DNA from: a virus
Lineage: Duplodnaviria > Caudoviricetes
IMG/VR virus record: IMGVR_UViG_3300027753_000035
Location: 1 to 41,107 of that record
Length of the DNA: 41,107 nucleotides
Reading direction: 5' to 3' (one strand)
Shown here: in pieces, positions 9,601-21,600 of the stretch
Layout: each line of letters opens with the position of its first letter
How positions within the stretch are numbered: position 1 is the first letter of the stretch
Translations under genes and position numbers: made by a program
Notes under the pieces: model-generated
Told to the model about the DNA's origin: nothing
The model's input: only the letters and a program-made list of their open reading frames with translations
Databases searched by the model: none

Positions 9601-12600
9601 GCAGTCTTAAGAGTCCTAACTAAGCCGTTGCCTATTTCAATACTGATGTTTGCCGGAGTTCCGCCATCCTTTAGGTTATTGTTAAGTGTTACAGTAGGTG
9701 CGCTTGTGTAGCCAGCGCCTGCGTTTACAATCTCTACCTTGTTTACTTTACCACTTGTGCCAATGTATGCTTTAAGTTCAGCGCCGGTGCCACCACCGCC
9801 GGATACAGTAATAACCGGAGCAGTGTAATAGTCAGTGCCCGCATCATTAATGTTAACTGCTGTTAGTTCGTAACCTGCGTTGTTGTACCAATGCTTGTTA
9901 GGGTAGTCTTGAACAAACTCATTAAGTATTTGGATTTCGTTATTACGAATCTTTGATGTAGGATGCTGTAGTGTACCTGTAGTATTGTCATACACTGGTG
10001 CTAGATCAAAATCAGTAACAAACGAGCGTGTTGGCTCAAGACGCTCGTAGGAGCTTAAATATTCTCTAATCTTACTCTTGAACGGCTTAACTTCTTTAAT
10101 GTAGTCTTCGTAATCTGCTAGGTTGTCGTTGTTAAATGTAACATCTTTTCTTAGCTGCCCTACATTATGTTTAGCTTTTACAAAACTTGTTTTGAATACC
10201 CAGTCAACGTTAACTTGCTCACTTAGTACATAACGCAAGCTAGCAAAGAACAATTTGTTAAACTCTTCAAGTAAGTCGTCAACAAAAATGCTGTTCTTAA
10301 TTTCATTAAGGATAATTCTTAATTCAATAGTTGGCAGGAAGTCATAGTTTCTAATATCAAAGCTATTACTGTCATAACCAAACGCTGGCGGTAAGTACAA
10401 GTTACTTGAGAATTGGACTGTGCCACTTTCTCTACCAATTGTTTCGTAATCAACAGTGTAGTCTAAGCTGTTAGTTGTGTTTACTCTTCTTAGTAGTAAC
10501 CAACCGCCTGTGCCAATGTTATTAATCTTTACAATTTCGTTACGATTAATATTAGCGTTAATTAACTGATTAGATCTTTCAATAATGTGATCGATACGTG
10601 TGTTATTGTTGTAACCAGTAGCATACCAATCAGTGTAATCCCAGTAAAGTGTAGTATCGTAACTCTGCTTCTTTGTTCTATTCCAAACTTTAGCAGTGTT
10701 GTCTCTTTCGTATATAGACCACTTGCCGCCGATAGTGCTGTCGTTGTTTACTAATACACTGAACTTTCTAACACTTAAAATTGTATCAGTAGTTCTGTAG
10801 TTTGTGCCTTTGTTTACAACTGTTGCGGTAATTACTTTACCAAGAGAGTTAATAGTAACTTCAATGTCAGCGTCAGTGCCGATGCCAAATACTTGTATCT
10901 TCGGAGCTACTTTATAACCTCTACCTGCGTCAGTAATTTCTACACGCTCAATTTTGCCGTTTTCAACTACTGGCGTTAGCTTAGCTGGTGATACTTTTTC
11001 AACTTGGATATCGTTGAGATCATCTAGGTCATCTACTACTTGATCGTATAGCCCTTCGTCAGTAACAGGCGCTGTATCTGCGTCAGTTAACGCAGTAAGC
11101 GACTTGTCGTCAACAATTAAGTTATCAGCAAGGACATAGTTAACACGCTCAATAAGTTGCTTTAGTGCTTCAAGACGGTTAGCAAACCAGCTCTGTCTTG
11201 GCTTTGACAGTGTACCGTAACGATACTTAACAGGAATGTTTGGATCCGGAACTGGGAATTTATTAATATCGTACCCAATTAAGCTATCAAACCATTTGTT
11301 AACAATATCGTCTGTAGGCTGACTTGTTTCTAGTCCTTCAGAAACAATTTTGTACTGAGTATGAACGTTGGTTCTTTGATCGCTCGCTGTGTAGAACTGT
11401 ACATTAAGAGCAACGTCGGTGCCAACTAGATGCTTGTTAACATTGTTAAGTACAAATCTGTCCGATGATAGGAAGGAAATTGTTTCTAGGTTGTTACTAA
11501 CTGGGTTAGCAATATAGCTAGCAATTTGCTTAACATTTATGTTTCTACTTACAGTAGCCGGCACTGTGTCCTTGTTCTTAACCCAGAAGTAATACTTTAT
11601 AGAGAACGTTTTAGCAATACTGTCGTAAACTCTATTAGTTACGTAAGCACTGTCGCCGTACTTAGATGTACCAGTAATGTTGTTTCGTACTGCTTCTCTA
11701 TTGTTAGCCAGCGACAGCTTGTCGTATGCCGAAGGTGCGTAGTTACTTTCGACCCATTCGTAAACGTCAATTGTACTACCTTCAAACAATGTGTTCCAAG
11801 TCTGCGAGCTGTAAACAATGTCATTTTGATATGCGTTAAAGAATCTAGCGTTAGAAAGATCCCACCATACTTTACCAACATGCTCTACGCCCCACGGTGA
11901 CTTAGGATCAAGGATAATAGTTCTTGATAACGCTAAGTCATCAGTAACTAACGTGCCTGTTGCTACAGAGTACATCGCTGGATCATCGTTTGTTTTGTAA
12001 CTAATTTCTTGATCAGCTGCGCCAGCAATCTTACCCTGGAAAGGATCTAAGTAATCTAGGCTAGTAATCTTTTGATTAGTTTTTGTGTTGTATAGGTATA
12101 CTTCTTTAATTTTATTAATATCAACTGTTGGTTGAATTGCTCGCTTAACTGACCATATTGGCTTATTAGACTCACTAAGCTTAAAGCTGTAAATTTCGCC
12201 CATGTACGTTGTTACGTCAGTTTGAGGTTTAATTGGAATACCAACAAAAATATTGTTGTTAGTAAGGTGTATATGCTTGCCAAAGTTAACAAGGTCTTGA
12301 TCGGCAACATCAATTTTCTGTGCTAACAAGAATTCGTTATCAACATTTTCGTACATGTAAATAACACCTTGATATTCGTTAGTGTAACTAAACTTAGTAA
12401 AGTTATTATCAAACGTTGTACTGTTAGAGTCAAGCGTAGTAGGAACAACAGCGCTGCTGTTTCTAGCCGATACTGCTAACTTGTTGCCATTAAAGTCTAA
12501 GTTGTATCCAAACTCTTCACCGCTAGAATAAGTTGAGTTTTCAAGTGTTCTATGTAACTCAAACTGTCCGCTAGTTTGCTTGTAAATGTATACTTGCCCT

Positions 12601-15600
12601 TCGTTATAATGGTAAGTGTCAGCAAGTGGCGCACTTATAGCAATGTACATACCGTCTTCGCTAATTCCAAGACTATTTGCTAGACCAAATGTAGTGTTGT
12701 CTAACGCTGTACTTGAATCGTCACCTGTTACAACAGTTTGACTTAGCTGATAGTTTTCTTGTACATTACGATATACAACTACTGCTGTCGGCTTATTGTC
12801 GTATGTTACTTTTACAACTACAACATCACCGTTTTTAGAAACGTCAAACTCAGAAGCAAATGTTTCCATTTGCTCATTATCTAGCGCACCAATATAATTA
12901 CTGCTATCGTTAATAACAACTAGGTTAGTACTGTTAGGAATAAATCCTACATAATCAATATAGTCTTCCTGTAACGTCCAATTGTTAATATCAAACGCAC
13001 CAGGGGTTAAATTAGTTCTAGCCTTGTAAAGCTGATCTCTATCACCAGATACAAATACAACATCGCCTGTTCTATAGTTTACAGTTTCGTCAAACCCGCC
13101 TTTGTAAGCCTTGAACTTTGAGAACTCCCAGCTATATTCAACATTGTTAAACGTGCCGTTGTTTATAAAGTAAAGCTTTCCAGGTAAGCTTGTAGTACCG
13201 TTACCTTGTGCGCCAACAAATGCCTTGTAAGTATCGTTGTTTTTGCGAACCTTAACATTAGCACCTAGGTGTAGATTAGTCTGTGTATCAATAGTTACAT
13301 ACGAACCTTGCTCCTTAAAGTTAGAGCCGGTAAACTCGTAGATAGAATACATGCCTTGATTAGTATATGCGCTTGCTGTACCTGTAGTAACCGCTGGAAT
13401 TTTGTAAACTTGTTCCCAATTACTGTTTAGTATGCTAGGCGCTTCGTTGGATACAGGATCACCAACCACTTGTCTATTTGTGTAGATCCAGTATTCAGCA
13501 TCTACAAGTTCAGTAACACTGCTGTCAGTTGGTAACGCAATATCAGAACCAGTATCAACTACAATAAGCTTACCAATTCCGTTTGCTACAGAGCCAATAC
13601 TTACTGCTTGAATATCGCCAATTGTTCTGTCTGCTTGGTAAATTGGATTAACACTTCCGGACACTGCTAGGAATTCAAGTTCCGAAATATCACTAAACAG
13701 CTCACCTTTGCTCCAGGCACCGGCTGTATTAGTAACAAACAGTGTAATATCAACACCATCTCTTTCGTAGAATTGAACCGTTGCTGTTGCGCCTGTTGTA
13801 ACATCACGAACAACCTGACCTACCAATGGCTCAAACGGCTGTCCAAGTGTGTCAAACTGTGTGAATCGAACCTTTATGTAACCGTCCCATAACGCATCAA
13901 CTGTTACTTCCTTGTTTGTATCAGTAGTTGCTAAACCAATAGTTGTTAAGTCTTTAAACTCGCCTGTGGAGTAATTAGCCAACTGGTTTACGTAAATGTT
14001 TACTGTATCAGAAGCAGACAGTGTATCAGTAAGTGCCTTAGGTGCTCTGATTACCCAACGACTGTTAAGCTTCGCACCAGACACGCCGTCTGCGTTTGGA
14101 TAACCTTCACTGGACATTGTTCTAATAAACGAGTTAACAGTGTTTTCACTGTCAACTGCTGTGGTGTTTGTATCAAGTATATTGTAGTAGTAATTACCAA
14201 AGGTACTATCGTTACTCATGTCTACATAAACTAAGCCTTTGCCTGCGTCGAATAGTGTAGACGTTAGTGTTGGCGTGTAACTCGGTGTAGAAATCATCCA
14301 GAATCCACTGTATACAGATCCGTCGGTGTCTAACTGCTTTATAAAATCTCCAACAAATTCACCAGTTGTTCTAAATATTGAATCTGTAGAGTTAAATGTA
14401 CCTGACACTTTATTCAAGTATATCACATGCTTATTTTCATCATTAACGTGAACATAAGCAACTACACCAGCACCAGTAGCGGTTTGTAGTGTTTCCCCTA
14501 CTTCAGGAGTAATATCAGTATTTTCAAAGTATATTACTACATCAATACTATTAACAATATCATGTGTGCCGTCAATAAAGTTATTATCAATGCCAGCAAA
14601 TGATCCGCCGAATGGTTGTTTAGTCGCTAGTGTTTCTTGATTTTGATTTCCGTATGTTAATGTATTCCATTGTAAGGAAACTTGCCAATCATTGTCACTT
14701 GTAATTGTGTTGTTATAAAGTGCGTTAGGAGCACGTACAAGAATGTGATCTACTTGATCAGTAAACGCTGATAAGTTAGTGTCTGTACGTATAGCGTAAT
14801 TACCTACAGTAATTGCTGGTACGTTATAGCCTGCGTTAGCCTGTTCGCCTAGCGCATACAAACCTTGTATTACACTTGAGAATGTGTTGAAGTTTGCGCC
14901 TGCTGATACCGACGGTAAATCAAACTTTGCTTTCCAAATTCTATCTTTGTAAGAAACAATGTCATCTTTATCGTAGTCTGTTGATAACGAGAACGCACTC
15001 TTGTAGTTTGTCTTTACGTTAGACGCATTTGGCGAACCTACTAATAGCCACTTGCCGTCTTCGCTTAAATCTACAGACGCACCAAACTTTTGATTATCCG
15101 CAGCATACGCTTCTGGCTCAATAACTTGTATCATCTTGTAGCCAACTCTATTACTGTTTCTCTTGTAAACAAAAAGGCGTCCGTTACTATTGTCAGGGTC
15201 GGCAGCAATAATAATATTGCCAGAACGATTAGAAGATATAACACTTGCGAATGTCTTAGAATATTCAAAATCTGGGTCATCTTCTGTGTCAGGACCTGTA
15301 ATTTCTGAATCAACACTGTACAAGTTAGCGTTCTCTAATACTTTCCATTCACCGCTGCCTGCGTTGTCAAGCCATATAGTTGTGTTTTCTCTAAAGTATT
15401 GCTGTAAGTTAATGTTAGCTGCGTTCACATCAGTGTGTCTAGCAGACTCAAATCTAGTTAGTTGTCCGTTAATACTAGCGCCGTCAAAGTTAACGTTTTC
15501 TATGAATTCTTTAAACTCTGTAGTATCCGGTATTGCTATTTGTACTAAGTTACTTGATACATCAATAACCTTAGTTAGAAAATTAAATTGCGGATAATTT

Positions 15601-18600
15601 GTAATAGTGTCTAGCTGCTTGGAGCTATCAGCAAGTATAGTGTCACTTACTTGTGTCTTCCACACAGAGTGTATACCAACAATATCGCCAATAGCAATAT
15701 CTTCAACTTCTTGACTCGTTGATATTTGAATGTGATTAGCAAGTATGGCAATATCTGTAACTCTAACATTAGTATCAATATGTCTTAGAACATTCCAGTT
15801 ACTGTTTTCGTTACCGACCCAAATAAACTTACCTTCAGGAACTTTAGAAATATCAACACCAACGACATCGTCAAGTGTTGGAACAATAAGACTTACATCA
15901 TCTTTGTGTACATAACCAGCAGTGTTAACATAGCTGTCTACTACAGTTTTTGCTGGGAACGGTGAATTGTTGTAGTTCTCAGTTTGTACTGATACTTCAT
16001 ATGGTCTAATTCTATAAACTGTATCAGTCGGTGCTACAGGAACATCGCTTGTTAGCAAAATAGGCTGAGGGTTTACAAGTATTTTAGATTCGTCAATGTT
16101 TATTTCAAGTTCGTCAAACGAGTCAACAGCACCGTACTGGCCGTCTCTAATTGCCCATTCTTCATGGAATTCTAAACTATCTTTGTCGCTACTTGCTAAT
16201 ACATCAAATAGCTTAGAAAGAGAGTTAACTGTGCCTTTTTCAAGTATCATACCTTGATAGAACTTGTACTGACTTACACTGTTGTTAATAATGTTCTCTA
16301 AGTAATTACGCTTTTGGTAGCCGATTAAGTGCTGAGCAAAACGCTGCTGCTCTGTATCAAGGTTATCACTGTCAAGATCGTAAAAATCAGTAAACTGATT
16401 TACTTTGTATTCAAAGTTAGGCAGTAGTCCCTGGCGTGGTTTTTTGTCTAACTTAACCCATTGACTTTCTACAAATTCATTACTACCTGATATTTTTTCA
16501 TCTGCCACGTAGTAGAATTGCTTATACTTAACAAGGCTGCCAATTGAGTATGCTTTAAATTGCTCCCATTCAGTAGCTGTCGCATCGTCGTATATAAAAC
16601 CTGGAATATTTTTACTACCTGACCACTCGTCGGTTCGGTAACCAAGTAGCTTAATACGCTCTTGTCTGTAGCCCGGTGTTTGGTCGTAAATTACGTCGTT
16701 GAACACAGTTTCGTTATCTAATAAAACAACGTGCTCAGTTTGTGTCATAGGTAGTTCTACATAGTAAACACCAGCACCCGTTACATCTGGATTTACGTAC
16801 AATACAAAGTCATTATCTTGACGATTGATTGTTGTGTTGTCAAGTTCTAAGTAGGTACCGTTAGCTTGTAGCAAAGTATAATCATTTGGTCCTGTTGTAA
16901 TATTAGACACAATAGAATAATTACTAGCTAACTGTAAGTACGAAGCACCTGGACTTAAAGAAATAACTGCTCCGTCGCTAAGTTCGTACAAAGTCCAGAA
17001 CATAAATTCACGAATAGTGTGATCCCAATCTAATACTTTACCAATGTCTTGATCAAAGAAATCAAACACAAATCCCTTGCTAGTTAAGTAAGATTCATAA
17101 CTTAGAATAAAGTCTACTACTTCTTGTATTGTTTCAAATAGCGTGCCGTATGGAACTTCAGCAACAGTGTTTGTATCAAAGTTTGTTCTAATAACAGCGT
17201 TACGACCGCCTGTTACAGGCAGATTAGGCAACTTAGCAAAGTTGTCAAGACTAAACTCAATCTCTTGGTTATCTACTGTACATCTGTAGTATACATTATT
17301 ATTTCTAACTATTGTACTTTTAGCATAAAAGTTACCACTTACCCATTCTACAAATTCTTCACTTACGCCACCAACATTAATTGTGTTGTCGCTTCCTCTT
17401 GAAGTAACTTTATGAGTTAGGAAGAAGCTGCGTGACTCACTATAACCTTTAACTAAGAAGCCTTCCGCCCGGCGTTCGATAATCACGCCGCTGTAGTTGA
17501 TTAGGTCAGTTGGCGAGCTTTCGTTAAGAATAATTTGGTAATTTTCTTCTGGTACAAAAACGTTGCCTTTATTCAAAGGTGTGCGACTATCAAGAATAAG
17601 TTTTAGCTTAGCTTGATCAGTAAAGCCTGCTAATTTAAATCCTAACTGGTTCTTAATTGACGATAGTGTTGTCTTATAATTTTTGTAAGAATTAGACACA
17701 CTAGTTTTAGTAAATTCAGCAATGTAATTAACTATACCACTAGTATGTAAATCAGTCGTATCAGCAGTGTCTTGAGGGAAAGCAATATCTGCTAGACGCA
17801 ATCGAACACCAGTCGGCTTGTATACTAAGTTACCTGCCTTGTTTCTAATTTGGTTTACACGGTCAAATCCAGCAGCAAACAATCTACCTGGTTTGTTAAG
17901 CGCAAACGCAATAAGCATAGAGAATGGGAATTCGCTGTGTCTACGCCAAGCTGCTTCAACTGGGCCGCCATCACCAAACACCCAAGGGCGTTCGATAAGC
18001 TCGCTGCTGTAATTAAACACCAACCCAATTTCAAGCGGAGAAACTAAATCGCCGCAATCGTCAACAGGAATAATGCTCATCAATCCTGGACGCTTGTAGT
18101 TGTTTCTGTATTCAATTCTACGATCTTGATGACGTACAATACCTGCTTCGATATCTTCCCACATTAGATAGTTTTCGCTAGTGTACGGTGCTTCGCCGTA
18201 TGTTTCTTCCCACCATGTTGGCTCAACTGTTTCGCCAAGCATTTCCCATGGATGAGTATGCGGGCGGTCAGTGTCGTAGTAGTATTTGTAAATTTCTCTC
18301 CAGGAGCCAGGTAGTGCTACATTGTTATCATCGAAGCTCGAACGATAGTTGTAGGTAAATCTGTTATCTCTGTTGAACGTTTGACGTGTGTAATCTACTG
18401 TTACAAGTTTTGTCCACTGGAAGAAGTCTGCTAATAATGTCTTGTCAATGTTACTTCTACTAATATTGTTCGAACGGTAGTAACTAGGACGTACTTCTAA
18501 AATATCAAATTCTTCTGAATTGTACGCAACTTTAAGGTTATTGTAAATTCTCTTCTCAAGCTCAAGTAACAAATCATCACGGTAGTCGTCGTAAGCTGTT

Positions 18601-21600
18601 ACAATAGATCCATCGTGCCCTTGAATAACGTTTACCGGTATCAAGTAAGTATTGTCTAAAAACTTTGCCGGTTCAAACGCAGGGTATAGCCCAAGCTTAG
18701 TTGGCGTTGGAGCAATGTAGTTACCCTTAGTACTATCGTATTCGTAAATAGTAATTACATCTTGCGATTGCTTTGTTGCCGTAACTACCGCATAACCGTC
18801 GTTGTTAAAAGTATAATCTTTACCGTGTATAAGTTGTACATCATTTAGGTATACTAATGATGCTTTGTAGCTCGGAGTAGATAAGTTAAAGTTTTCACCT
18901 AAAGGAAAATAAATCTCATCCGAATCTTCTACTGTGTGTTCGGTCATGATAGCACCACTATAAGGAACCATATCACTAAAGTAGAACACGTCAGAAACTA
19001 TTTTACTTTTATTAAGCTCTTGTAAAATTCTATCAACATGATTCTTTTGCGAGCCATCAAACCCAAGCTTTTCAGCTGTGGTTAAAAACTCTCGCTTAAA
19101 TCTACTGTACTCTGTCTTAGCAAACTTAATACTCTTTACTAAGTTAACTTCTCTTTCAGTTGTATGGTACAGTGGTAAGTTCATTGGCGCACTGTGCTGT
19201 AAGAACCTACGACCGTTAGATGTTACATTGCCTAGATCACGTAGATTGCTTGTGCCAGGGTATTTGCCGTTAAAGCCAGTAGTGTGTTCAACGATAGTCG
19301 AAACGTGATCGTTAATTTCACCAAGTGTAAATTCATCTAACTGATCGTTGTTTGGATTTCTTTCCATGCTATGCGGAAACTCGTAGTATCCGGTATTAGT
19401 TTTAAGTTGCCTACTGTTAGTTTTAAGTAAAATTACATCATCTTTTTTAAGATCAGTTACAAACACAATTTTAGCAAAGTTTGCAGGATGCTGTTCAATT
19501 GTGTAATCAACGTCCTTAACTTGGAAATCATTATTTCTGTAAACAATAATATCCATGTCACTGATATAATCGTAACTATCAACATAGCTATCAATAAGAA
19601 TATCAGTAAAAGTATTGTCGTAGACATACTGGCGTATTACAAACTGTCTACTTGAATCAACTTTAGTCCAACCAGTTTGCTGCGTATAAGAATCAATATC
19701 TGTATACAAGTGTAAATACCCAAGCACTGTGTTTTGTGTTTTTACATCTTGATTTTCAACATATGTAAAAGAGTCAGTCGAAAGATCCGATTGGAAAACA
19801 ATATCACCTACGTTGGTAATGTTTTTGTAGGACAGCGGAAAGCCTAATTCATCGTCGTTTGAACCAGTTCCTTCTTTGTAACTAAACATCTTAGTCCCGG
19901 TGAAAGTAGTCGACGGATAAATTGTTGCGTCGGCAAAGCTGTAACCGTTCTCGTCAAACACATCAAAAAGCGGAGCTTGGTTAACTGTTGTTTTCTTTTG
20001 TGTAGTTGTCCAACTGCTGTTTTTGTAATGTAAAGTAGTGCCTTTGAATTTCGTACCGCTTTTAACTAATACAGTTTCGCCCTCTGCAGGAACGCTGTCA
20101 CTTTCTTCTACAAGTGTTATCTGTCTTTGGCCGCTAACATTAGCATCATCAACAACTGTCCCATCGTAAGTAAAGTATTTTACTCTAAAGATTCTATTCT
20201 TTACTAATGAATCCGGATCGTTAGTAAACATTACTCGCTGACCGTTAGCAAGCTCTACACCATCTACAAAGTAACCTAAGCTACCTTCGATAGTAGAAAA
20301 TACGTCAGTAGTAAAATCATCAACTAAGTCAATGCTTGTTTTAGCTTGTGTGCCAAAATTAGAAAGCTTAATGCCACTATTAAATTCAATAATTGGACGA
20401 CTTGCTTGTGCAGTAGCATCAACGCTTATTGGTTGATTGTTCGCAGCAGCGCTCGCTTCGATAACACTCTTATGGAACCAACGGTTATGTCTTGTCCATA
20501 AATTACCGTCATTTGCTGAACGATTAATTGTAATGTAATCTTTGTCTTGCGAGTATCCAAGTGCTTTACTGTACGGTAAGTTATCAAAGCCCACTGTGTC
20601 AAAGTTAACAGTAATTTCCTCAGTAAACTCAGTAGCAACGTCTAACGAGTCTTCAGCTATAAGTTTAATACTCGAACCTATTCCTTCTACGTAAAACTCT
20701 TTGTTAGCGTATGATGCCGGTGTAACATTACCAATAAACTGAATTTTCATTCCATTACTAAGTGCTATACCATTACCAGAAGTGTATGTTTTCATTCCAA
20801 CAATTTCGCTGTCAACATTAATAGCAGAAGCATCTTGAAGATCTTTAATTTCAATCTTGCCATGGATATTAATGTCGTTAGCAGCGACATACCAAATATT
20901 GTCAGGCGCTGCTGTGCTTAGCTCAATAGTCACTACACCTTTTTCTAATCCTTGAACATCGACGCCTTCGTACAATAGAATAGAAGAGCTATCAAGATCA
21001 AACTCAGTGTCGGTTGTGAGCTTAGACTTAAACGTAATTGGAAAGTCCGGAAGGTCTACATCAAACTTATACTTTACGCCCCTGTACAAAGTTAGCGACG
21101 GATTAGGTGTTTCGCCGTCCGGCGTGAACACGTAACTGTACGAGTCTAGGTTATCACTTAATCGTACTGTAAATGTGCTTTCGACTTCGGTGCTTTGGCC
21201 AGCAATGCTAATAGTTTGTGGTCCGGTTGGTAACCAAAAGTACTCTCTAAAGTTAGTAAACTTATCCCAGTCAATGTACGGGTTCCAAGCATAGAATTCT
21301 TGCTCGTTTACTACGTTATGGTCTTGGATCGATCTGTTGTAGTTTTTAAGACTATTCATGTAATCGTTGTAGTCTCTATAAAGCAGAACGTTACCCAACT
21401 CGTCTTTAGCTACGGCTGCCGACTCCAGCTGATAATCTTCACGTGAAGTGCTTACGTCTTGAACATACACGTCATCTGCTGTAAATGCCTTAGCAGTTTT
21501 ACGTCCTACATAGCCATTGAGCTTGTTTACAACACCGGGTTGTATCATTTGATCTAATGTAGATCCAAGAAACTTTGAGTTAGAAGGTGTTCTAAAAATA

